From Macrostomum lignano (Eukaryota), in assembly GCA_002269645.1 (NCBI GenBank), contig NIVC01001448.1, forward strand, positions 62,001-126,000: a stretch of 64,000 bases of DNA, written 5' to 3'. The notes under the pieces were generated by a model. That model saw only the letters and a program-made list of their open reading frames with translations, was not told the DNA's origin and did not search any database. Both the position numbers and the translations under genes were made by a program. This document shows, piece by piece, positions 14,698 through 25,017 of the stretch (its first letter is position 1; each line of letters starts with the position of its first letter).

Positions 14698-16522
14698 ATG
14701 TACGACAGCGGCAATCACAAAGAATCGCACAGCAGGGAGGACATCTGCTGCCGGCTGTTCATCGGAGGCCTGTCCCCGTCAGTGACCTCTGACAGCCTGC
14801 ACAAGTACTTCAGCCAGTACGGCACTGTGCAGCACTGCAATGTGCCCAAGGACCCCAAGACTCAGAGATCCAAGGGCTACGGCTTTCTGACGTACAAGGA
14901 CCGGGAGAGTGTGGACTCCGCCCAGCTGCACCGGCCTCACGTGCTGGATGGTCGCCAGGTGAGAGGCTGAGTTGTGTGGGAGGCTTTTGAGTAGCCTTGA
15001 AGTTGCACTGGCTCAAAATCAGCTGCTCAACTGCCTGCTGAGCACAGCTGGTTAACTGGCTCAGAATCAGCTGCTCAACTGCTGCTGAGCAGAGCTGGTT
15101 AACTGGCTCAGAATCAGCTGCTCAACTGCCTGCTGAGCAGAGCTGGTTAACTGGCTCAGAATCAGCTGCTCAACTGCCTGCTGACCAGAGCTGGTTAACT
15201 GGCTCAGAATCTGCTGCTCAACTGCCTGCTGAGCAGAGCTGGTTAACTGGCTCAGAATCTGCTGCTCAACTGCCTGCTGAGCAGAGCTGGTTAACTGGCT
15301 CAGAATCTGCTGCTCAACTGCGTGCTGAGCAGAGCTGGTTAACTGGCTCAGAATCAGCTGCTCAACTGCGTGCTGACCAGAGCTGGTTAACTGGCTCAGA
15401 ATCTGCTGCTCAACTGCGTGCTGAGCAGAGCTGGTTAACAGGCTCAGAATCTGCTGCTCAACTGCCTGCTGAGCAGAGCTGGTTAACTGAATCGCCTGAA
15501 CTGGCACTGGAAATCGCTCACCAAAATCGCCCCAAATCGCCCCAAAATCGCCCCAGGTCGAGACTAAGCGCGCGATGCCCCGCGAAGAAGCCAACAACCC
15601 GGAGGCGCACATCACCACCAAGAAGCTGTTTGTCGGCGCCCTTCGCAAGGACGTCACCGACCAGCTGCTGCGAGACTATTTCTCAGCCTACGGCACCATT
15701 GTCGACGCGTACATCGTCAGGGACAACGCCACGGGAGACAGTCGCGGCTTCGGCTTCGTCGTGTTCGATGACTATGACCCCGTGGACAAAGTGATGCTGT
15801 ACAAGCCTCACCTGCTGCGCGCTGGAGGCTCAGTCAGCATCACGGACGTGAAGAAAGGCCTCACCAAGGAGGAGCTGGCCAGCGCGCACCTTCGGGAGCA
15901 GCAGCAGTCTCGCGGCGGCGGCATCAGCGGGGGCGGCAGCGGCAGCGGCATGCAGGCCAACATGGGCGGCCCTCCCGGCGCTATGATGATGTCAGGCGGT
16001 GCCATGGGGCCCTGGGGTCCCATGATGGGACCCATGATGGGCGGCGGCAGCGGACCGAAGCCGCAGCAGCAGCAGCAGCACGGAAAGCAGCCGCAGGCCG
16101 CGTCTTCAAAGCCCTCCAAGAGTCCCGCTGGGGCTGGCGGCGGCGGCGGCCCAGGACCCAACGGCATGGGCGGCCCTGGCGGCTCGATGGGACCCTACGG
16201 ACCCATGGGCATGATGGGCATGATAGGACCAGGTCCTATGGGTCCTATGGGCATGATGGGACCAGGTCCTATGGGTCCTATGGGCATGATGGGACCGGGT
16301 CCTATGGGCCCAATGGGCATGATGGGACCAGGTCCTATGGGTCCAATGGGCATGATGGGACCAGGTCCTATGGGCCCGATGGGCATGATGGGACCTGGCT
16401 TCGGGTTCTATCCGAACCAGTGCGGTGGCTACGGGCCGATGGGGCGCGGAGGCTGGGGCGGATTCCGCAGCTCGCCCTATTCAATGATGCCGCCGCACAG
16501 AACCCGCAGCAACTCCACCTGA
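14698..16522 (+). CDS. hnRNP A/B (hnRNP A1-like) two-RRM protein, gene 1 copy 1; exons 14698-14958 and 15557-16522 (about 408 aa)
   Basis: RRM1 LFIGGL..RSKGYGFLTY..RPHVLDGRQ, cag|gtgaga at 14959, cag|GTCGAG at 15557, linker VETKRAMPREE, RRM2 KKLFVGAL..SRGFGFVVFDDYDPVDK, then a G/M/P-rich tail. Confidence 0.93.
15005..15490. repeat. 48-bp minisatellite filling the hnRNP gene 1 intron
   Basis: Unit cagaatctgctgctcaactgcctgctgagcagagctggttaactggct, about 10 copies. Confidence 0.95.
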
Positions 16523-16589
16523 GGCTTGAGAGCCGCCCGCTGACCGTCCGGTGAGTGGCTTGAGACTCCGGCTGCGTGGTCTCAGGAAA

Positions 16590-16865
16590 TCGCCTCCAAT
16601 CTCACTAGAAATCGCCTCCAATCTCACTTGAAATGACCTCCAATCTCACTAGGGATCGCCTCCAATCTCACTAGAAATGACCTCCAATCTCACTGAGAAA
16701 CGCCTCCAAACTCACTGGAAATCGCCTCCAATCTCACTTGGAATCGCCTCCAATCTCACTGGAAATCGCCTCCAATCTCACTGGGAATCGCCTCTAATCT
16801 CACTGGGAATGATGACCCCCAATCTCACTGGAAATGACCTCTAATCTCGCTGGGAATCGCCTCCA
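16590..16865. repeat. 20-21-bp minisatellite 3' of hnRNP gene 1 (expanded copy 36705-37180)
   Basis: Unit aatcgcctccaatctcactgg(g)a. Confidence 0.9.
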
Positions 16866-17199
16866 TAGCCATTAAAATCGGCCACCAAAGTCACTTCAAA
16901 GACCCCCACTGCACACCTTCAATTTCAGGTGCCACAATTCGGCCATCAGTGCAGATGAACTCACAGGGCCACTCGTGCGCATCTCTGACTGATTTTGTTC
17001 ATATTGGTTTACATTGAGTGCCGCATTGTGCTGCAGAATGCATTGCCAGATTCATCCAATCAGAAGCTGCATGCTATGCGCAATCATTCTTATCAAGTCT
17101 GTTTTGTAAATTCAGCGTGTCTTGGTGACCTGTGCTCAAGTCTATGTGGGTTGGGCTGCTCATGTGAGCAGAGCGGTTGCTATGGGCTCGAATCGGAGC

Positions 17200-17630
17200 C
17201 TGACACCCTGACATCCGCCTGACACCCTGGCATCCGCCTGACACCCTGACATCCGCCTGACACCCTGACATCCCCATGACACCCTGGCATCCGCCTGACA
17301 CCCTGACATCCGCCTGACATCCGCCTGACACCCTGACATCCGCCTGTCACCCTGACATCCCCATGACATCCTGACATCCGCCTGTCACCCTGACATCCCC
17401 ATGACATCCTGACATCCGCCTGTCACCCTGACATCCCCATGACATCCTGACATCCGCCTGTCACCCTGACATCCCCATGACACCCTGACATCCGCCTGAC
17501 ACCCTGACCTCCGCCTGACACCCTGACATCCGCCTGACACTCTGACATCCCCATGACACCCTGACATCCGCCTGACACCCTGACCTCCGCCTGACACCCT
17601 GACATCCGCCTGACACCCTGACATCCGCCT
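17200..17630. repeat. 19-bp minisatellite (short copy 37510-37665)
   Basis: Unit gacaccctgacatccgcct; period checked at 17221/17240. Confidence 0.9.
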
Positions 17631-17659
17631 TCCAAACCAACTGCATTCATTTTATTGTC

Positions 17660-17900
17660 CTGCGTCTGTGGCTCTTTGTGTCTGTCTGTCTGTCTGTCTG
17701 TCTGTGTGTATGTTTGTGTGTCTGCTGTCTGTCTGTGTGTGTGTTTGTGTGCCTGTCTGTCTGTCTGTGTGTCTGTCCGTGTGTCTGCTGTCTGTCTGTG
17801 TGTTTGTCCGTGTGTCTGCTATTTGTCTTTGTGTCTGTCCGTGTGTCTGCTATTTGTCTGTGTGTCTGTCCGTGTGTCTGCTGTCTGTCTGTCTGTGTCC
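17660..17900. repeat. (TGTC/TG)n low-complexity tract (copy about 37700-37860)
   Basis: tgtctgtctgtgtg runs; the CVCL-type ORFs are artefacts. Confidence 0.9.
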
Positions 17901-18134
17901 GCAGTCCAAATCCCCCAATTCCCGGGCCGCAGGCAGCTCCCAGATTTTCTGCTCCCGCGCTTTTCCCGACGCTGCTCCGTCAGCGCCGTTTTTCCAATGC
18001 GTTTTTGCTGACTTTTTGCATTCTCGAGGCCGGCAGTTTTTATCTGTTCGATTTTTAATAAATTTGAAACTTTTTGTTTTACTGGGCGACGGCTGCGTTT
18101 GACTTGCTTTGTCTTGGGCTGCGGGCTTCAGAAC

Positions 18135-18325
18135 AGGTGTTACAGTGAGTGCCTGTTAGACACAGGGTGTTACAGTGAGTGCCTGTTAGACACAGGGTGT
18201 TACAGTGAGTGCCTGTTAGACACAGGGTGTTACAGTGAGTGCCTGTTAGACACAGGGTGTTACAGTGTGTGCCTGTTAGACACAGGGTGTTACAGTGTGT
18301 TGGTGCCTGTTAGACACAGGGTATT
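18135..18325. repeat. 30-bp minisatellite (copy 38095-38360)
   Basis: Unit gtgttacagtgagtgcctgttagacacagg. Confidence 0.9.
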
Positions 18326-18989
18326 ACAATCGCAGTCTAACACCCCAATACACAGTGCCACAGGCAGTTACTCAACAATATCAAGGCTGCATACCGCAGG
18401 TTACCAAAGTACTGCACCATATTCTACTGTACAATCATCGTTACAATGATGAGTGCCTCCCAGTGTGAAGTCACACTGACAGGCACTCGCAGACCCAACT
18501 GTACTGACTGTTGTATCGTACATCTCACTGTAACCATACAGTACTGAGTGCACTTTGATGCACTTTTACCTTGATCTGTTTGTACTTTTACTGTGTGCAT
18601 CGGTGTGCTGTCTCCAGCATGCTTAATATTTACGCTATTAAAGTACCTTTATTTATTACATTTTTCCTCAAAAAAGTAGTGTAAACTGCGACTGTACTAC
18701 TTTATTCAGCCACCGACTGCCCACTTCAAATTGCGTTACCTACTGAAATAATATTGAATTCTGTGGTGTAAAACAAAAACTATAATTAATGTTACTCTGG
18801 AGTTCTACAATAGTTATTGATTAATAAATTACTACTGTTATGTAATACTACTTATTCAGTACATATGTACTTGAGGACTTAGCTTACTCATATATATCAT
18901 ACTTCCCAGTAATATTAAGAATTATTGCAGTGTATGACAATTGCACCTGCCAATGGCTGAAATTCAGATTTAGACTTATGCTGCGTTTC

Positions 18990-19610
18990 CCCGTCTCCCA
19001 TCCTCTACTTAGCTTCCGGTTCCCCATCCGCTACTCAGCTTTCGTGGTTTACCATCCGCTACTCAGCTTCCGGTTCCCCATCCCCTACTCAGCGTCCGGT
19101 TCCCCATCCCCTACTCAGCTTCTGCGATTCCCCATCCGCTACTCAGCTTCCGGTTCCCCATCCGCTACTCAACCTCTGGTTCCCCATCCCCTACTCAGCA
19201 TCCGTTACCCCATCCTCTACTCAGCATCCGTTACCCCATCCCCTACTCAGCTTCCGCGGTTTACCATCCGCTACTCAGCTTCCGGTTCCCCATCCGCTAC
19301 TCAGCTTCCGGTTCCCCATCCGCTACTCAATCTCTGGTTTCCCATCCCCTACTCAGCATCCGTTACCCCATCCTCTACTCAGCATCCGTTACCCCATCCC
19401 CTACTCAGCTTCCGCGGTTCCCCATCCGCTACTCAGCTTCCGGTTCCCCATCCGCTACTCAATCTCTGGTTTCCCATCCCCTACTCAGCATCCGTTACCA
19501 TATCCCCTACTCAGCTTCCGCGGTTTACCATCCGCTACTCAGCTTCCGGTTCCCCATCAGCTACTCAGCTTCCGGTTCCCCATCAGCTACTCAGCTTCCG
19601 GTTCCCCAGC
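18990..19610. repeat. about 26-bp minisatellite immediately 5' of hnRNP gene 2 (short copy 39015-39210)
   Basis: Unit ccccatccgctactcagcttccggtt with variants. Confidence 0.9.
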
Positions 19611-19670
19611 CAGCCAGCCAGCCCCGCGGCCTCATTGCAGCGCTGAGCCCAGCATCCCAACTGCTTCATC

Positions 19671-20869
19671 ATGGTATTCGGCGGAGCTTCCGGTGGCAGC
19701 AGGCAGTCGGCGCTGGCGCCGCGCGATCCGAGCGACGAGGCGTTCCGCAAAATCTTCGTCGGCGGCCTCAGTCCCGACGTGAGCACCGACGGCCTGCGCG
19801 AGTACTTTGCCAAGTTCGGCGAAGTCACCGACTGCGTGGCGGTCAGGAACCCGGCCACTCAGCGGTCCAAGGGCTTCGGCTTCGTCACCTTCAAGGACGC
19901 CGAGACCGTGAATGCGGTGCAGGCCAAGCGGCCCCACACCATTCAGGATAAGGAGGTGAGCGGAGCTCTGAGTAGCCCAGAAATGCCTCAGCTGCTCCCA
20001 GCCTCCTAGATGAAGCCTCAAATGCCTCAGCTGCTCCCAGCCTCCTAGATGAAGCCTCAAATGCCTCAGCTGCTCTCAGCCTCCCAGATGAAGCCTCAAA
20101 TGCCTCAGCTGCTCCCAGCCTCCCAGATGAAGCCTCAAATGCCTCATCACGGCTGCTCCCAGCCTCCCAGATGAAGCGCCAAATGCCTCACTCACGGCTG
20201 CTTCCAGCCTCCCAGATGAAGCGCCAAATGCCTCACTCACGGCTGCTTCCAGCCTCCCAGATGAAGCCCCAAATGCCTCACTCACGGCTGCTCCCCGCCC
20301 TCTCCCAGGTGGAGGTGAAGCGCGCGATGCCCCGTGACGAGGGCGACCGCCCAGAGTTCCGCGTCACCACCCCGAAGCTGTTCGTTGGCTCGCTGCCGAA
20401 GGACGCCACCGAGGACGAGATCCGCGAGCAGTTCAGCCAGTTCGGTGACATCGAGTCCGTTGAAATCGCCCGCGTCAAGGAGACGGGCGACAGTCGCGGC
20501 TTCGGCTTCGTGACCTTCTCCGACTACGACTCCGTTGACAAGGCGGTGCTGCACCGGCCGCACCGAGTGAAGAACTGCGGTGTGGATGTGCGCAAGGGTC
20601 TCAGCCGCGAGGAGATGCAGCGGGTCCGCATGCGCCAGCAGCAGCAGCAGCAGCAGTTCCAGCAGCCCTACGGCTACCCGTACCAGCAGCAGGAAGCTGG
20701 AGGCTACGGCGGCTTCGCTGGAGGCTACGGCGGCGGCTACGGCGGCGGCTACGGGCCGCAAATCGGGCGCGGCGGCTGGCGGGGGTGCCGTACGCAGGCG
20801 GCTGGCAGCGAGGCGGCGGCGGCGGCGGCTACCGAGGAGGTCGCGGCCGCGGCATTTGAGGTCGGCTGA
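19671..20869 (+). CDS. hnRNP A/B-like two-RRM protein, gene 2 copy 1; exons 19671-19955 and 20309-20869; last codons frameshifted relative to copy 2
   Basis: RKIFVGGL..RSKGFGFVTF..RPHTIQDKE|gtgagc; cccag|GTGGAG VEVKRAMP; KLFVGSL..SRGFGFVTFSDYDSVDK; polyQ and YGG tail. G5 at 20781-20785 versus G6 in copy 2. Confidence 0.9.
19975..20300. repeat. 38/45-bp minisatellite filling the hnRNP gene 2 intron
   Basis: Unit cagcctcccagatgaagcctcaaatgcctc(actcacg)gctgctcc. Confidence 0.9.
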
Positions 20870-21579
20870 GCAGCTGCGGGTTTCGGCTGGGCCGGGCGGT
20901 GCTGAGCAGCCGACTGTCTCTCCTCTGACAGCCCAGCCGCCTGTGGCGCGGTGCACCGCTTTGTTAGAAACGCGGCGAGTCTCAAAGCCAGCCGCACCGG
21001 TCCGGGGCTTCTCCCACTGCCAGCTCTGTTTTTTATTCATATTTATAAGCGACCTGACCGGCTGTTCAAAGTGACGCCCCACCCTACTGGGAGTAGTATA
21101 TCGTCTGCGTGTCTCTAATTATTATTTTCCTTTGTTATAATCGCTGTTGTTTCAAGTGGCACCAATTTAAACAGTTAATTGGGTTATCAGTTATCTGTAG
21201 GAATGCGGGCTGGTCAGTCAGCCTCTGCTAATCATCCGGCCCCATATTGATAATTTGCCCGCTTTGCCCTCCCTGCCCGCCTTGCAAACCCGCCGCCCCC
21301 GCCCAGGCCCGCCCGCAGCTGTTCTGTTGTTGCTGAGGTCCCGAGTTCGAGTCCCTCCGCCGCCGTCCCAGCTGCATGGACAATTTTGAGTCAGGCAGCG
21401 GCAGCGGCGGCTTCTGACCTTCCCTGTGCTTTTTTCTAACTGGCGTCAGAGCGGAAATAAAATTTCTAAGAAACACCGCGGCTGCGCACCTGCGGCGCTC
21501 GCGGCTCCTCTGGGGCGCGAGTTTGGAGATAAATGCTTTGTTGCCATGGCGACCTGCGGCTTTGTTACCTGCTTTTGAA

Positions 21580-22030
21580 GTGACTGTGAGCTGAGGCCAC
21601 ATTGGTGACTCACTCATTGGTGACTGTGAGCTGAGGCCACATTGGTGATTCACTCATTGGTGACTGTGAGCTGAGGCCAGATTGGTGACTCACTCATTGG
21701 TGACTGTGAGCTGAGGCCAGATTGGTGACTCACTCATTGGTGACTGTGAGCTGAGGCCAGATTGGTGACTCACTCGTTGGTGACTGTGAGCTGAGGCCAG
21801 ATTGGTGACTCACTCATTGGTGACTGTGAGCTGAGGCCAGATTGGTGACTCACTCATTGGTGACTGTGAGCTGAGACCACATTGGTGACTGTGAGCTGAG
21901 ACCAGATTGGTGACTCACTCATTGGTGACTGTGAGCTGAGGCCAGATTGGTGACTCACTCGTTGGTGACTGTGAGCTGAGGCCAGATTGGTGACTCACTC
22001 ATTGGTGACTGTGAGCTGAGGCCAGATTGG
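21580..22030. repeat. 40-bp minisatellite at the right end of the duplicated block
   Basis: Unit ttggtgactcactcattggtgactgtgagctgaggccaga, about 11 copies. Confidence 0.95.
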
Positions 22031-22129
22031 TGAGCAATTCAAAGCTTCTGGCACCTGTAAAGGAAATTGATTGATCACTTTGAAAATCGATAACTGGAAG
22101 GCGACTTCAGACTGTCATTGTTTTCTCTA

Positions 22130-22390
22130 GCTGAGGCCAATGGGGTCAATGGACTCAAGCTGATGTCAATGGGGGTCAATGGACTCCAGCTGAGGTCAAT
22201 GGGGTCAATGGACTCCAGCTGATGTTAATGGGGTCAATGGACTCCAGCTGATGTCAATGGGGTCAATGGACTCCAGCTGAGGTCAATGGGGTCAATGGAC
22301 TCCAGCTGAGGTCAATGGGGTCAATGGACTCCAGCTGAGGTCAATGGGGTCAATGGACTCCAGCTGAGGTCAATGGGCTCCAGCTGAAGT
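22130..22390. repeat. 29-bp minisatellite
   Basis: Unit gtcaatggggtcaatggactccagctgag. Confidence 0.9.
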
Positions 22391-23214
22391 GGGAGCGGAG
22401 ATGGAAGCGGAGTCAGTGGCGTCTGCCACTTCTGCATGGTGAACTGCGTCAGTCTCTGTTGCTGCACTCTCGGAATGGCAATAAACAGGCGTCTGGTCTC
22501 CTACGCTCCTACGTGTCACTCTTGGCGCCAGTCTGTCTTTTGAAGGATCGTCTTATTGACTAGATTGCCCCATTTTTATGATTTCTGACCCTCTCAGGTC
22601 CCTCGGAGCCAATCAGAGTCGAGCTGGTCATCTCGTCCAATCAAAAAGCCCGTCGCTTGAAATAACAAACTATAGCAGCTGGAAATCCCCAAGACGTCAG
22701 CCGTCACCCCTTTCGACATCGATTTTGTGACTGAGTCTCCCCTGCTCCTCTCGGCTTCACCTGAGCGACATGCGGATGGGTGCAGCGCTTCTCATTCAAT
22801 CAGTGCTTTTGAGCTGTCTGAGTAGCGACTGGATTTGCCAAAACTGCGAGAAAGAGCGCGGGCGAGTGTCCAATTGCTGGTGGGACAAATAGCTAAGAAT
22901 GAACCAGCACGTAAGAAGCTATATTTAGAAACACGCAGTCGGGGTAGAGAGAAAGGGAATCGAAAGTAATAAACGGAGGCGAGAGCCAGGCTGTGCATTT
23001 AAAGTAATAAACTGGACCTCTTCGTGAGCCACGAGCATGGAGAGGCCTAAATATTTATCGATCGTACAATTATTATACACTCTAGATAGATCGTGCACAC
23101 AAGAGGAAAGTAAAACGGCCCAATTAGGGGCAACTAAACGCAAAAATACAAGTAGTATATAGGAATTGATACGATTTTTGTCAGTTTATGTGGATCTGAC
23201 ATCAAGACAGAGCG

Positions 23215-23610
23215 GGGGTGAGACACAGCGAGAGTAAGACACAGCAAAGGCAAAACAGAGCGAGGGTAAGACACTAAGACACAGCGAGGGTAAGACACAG
23301 CAAAGGCAAAACAGAGCGAGGGTAAGACACTAAGATACAGCGAGAGTAAGACACAGCAAAGGCAAAACAGAGCGAGGGTAAGACACAGCAAAGGCAAAAC
23401 AGAGCGAGGGTAAGACACTAAGACACAGCGAGGGTAAGACACAGCAAAGGCAAAACAGAGCGAGGGTAAGACACTAAGACACAGCGAGGGTAAGACACAG
23501 CAAAGGCAAAACAGAGCGAGGGTAAGACACTAAGACACAGCGAGGGTAAGAAACAGCAAAGGCAAAACAGAGCGAGGGTAAGACACAGCAAAGGCAAAAC
23601 AGAGCGAGGG
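23215..23610. repeat. compound purine-rich minisatellite
   Basis: Alternating gcgagggtaagacacagcaaaggcaaaacaga and gcgagggtaagacactaagacaca units. Confidence 0.9.
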
Positions 23611-23864
23611 TGTTATTATAAGTCGTAAGAGCGAGGGTCGATTATAAGTGACAAGAGCAAGAAGTTACAACATTACAATTTTAAGGATTTACAAAAATTA
23701 AATTTATAACAATCGTGAGAGTTTGAAATAGAAATATTCAAACTGCCAAATGTCATTAACCCGCGTGCGGAAACCGGTCAAGTCTCTCAGTCTGAGTCTC
23801 TCGACTCTTAGGTTCAAGGGCAGTCTTCTTGGCTCTGAGACGGGGGCTGCGACCTGCCTGTCCG

Positions 23865-24315
23865 GTCACTGAATGTTCATGAGGGAGCTGTCAGGCTGTC
23901 AGTCACTGAATGTTCATGAGGGAGCTGTCAGGCTGTCAGTCACTGAATGTTCATGAGGGAGCTGTCAGGCTGTCAGTCACTGAATGTTCATGAGGGAGCT
24001 GTCAGGCTGTCAGTCACTGAATGTTCATGAGGGAGCTGTCAGGCTGTCAGTCACTGAATGTTCATGAGGGAGCTGTCAGGCTGTCAGTCACTGAATGTTC
24101 ATGAGGGAGCTGTCAGGCTGTCAGTCACTGAATGTTCATGAGGGAGCTGTCAGGCTTTCAGTCACTGAATGTTCATGAGGGAGCTGTCAGGCTGTCAGTC
24201 ACTGAATGCTCATGAGGGAGCTGTCAGGCTGTCAGTCACTGAATGTTCATGAGGGAGCTGTCAGGCTGTCAGTCACTGAATGTTCATGAGGGAGCTGTCA
24301 GGCTGTCAGTCACTG
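23865..24315. repeat. 37-bp satellite family, array 1
   Basis: Unit gtcactgaatgttcatgagggagctgtcaggctgtca; period checked at 23881/23918, about 12 copies. Confidence 0.95.
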
Positions 24316-25017
24316 CAGGGTACAGGATGAAATCAATTTGCAGACTGGTTGAGTTCACTATGAGCTAGAGCAGGTGCTTAAATAGTGCCCGAGTATGCAA
24401 TATTTTAAATCATAAAAGTACATTTAATACAGTATATTCATTAGGAACATGTACAGTACAGTAAAATTTCTCAAACAGCTCTTATATTTAAAATGTTTCT
24501 ACGAGTATAAATATTAAAATATTTCTCATATTTAAAATGAACATTTTTGCTTTAAAAACAAAATTTCTTAAAAAAGCGGAGAGGCTCACAAATTACGAGT
24601 TCAACTCAAGCTGCTGCATCAAGTCTCTCCAGCTTCTCCCTGACACAGCTGACCTTTGAATTTTCAGGTTCACGCAGACAACTGCTGCCTGTGCATTTGG
24701 CTTGAATATTTCATTAATAGCAGTGGCAATTGGGTATTGAAGTCCGCAGAAAAAAATCGCAGAGAAAAGCCCGCATCAAAGCAGACACGCAGTTTGAAGG
24801 GAAAAAGCAATTCAGCATGCAGTGTGAATTGAATTGCAGCACAAATGTGCGAAACTGCAGTTCACAGCAGGAGGGCTGCTCACACTCGATGGCTCTCGGT
24901 GTGCTTATTTCAGCAACAATGCAAATCATAGTTATCTGGGCAACGAAGTCCGACTACCCAAAGTACAAACCAAAAGTACATGAAAATTGTGTCAGCATTG
25001 AACACCTCACCGGGTAG

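Larger units (their letters stand above)
13650..22030. repeat. segmental duplication copy 1 of the hnRNP pair block (partner 31255-42440)
   Basis: Homology starts at atttgttttactgtggctctcg (13654/31259) and runs collinearly through both hnRNP genes and all intervening satellites to the 40-bp satellite. Confidence 0.95.
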
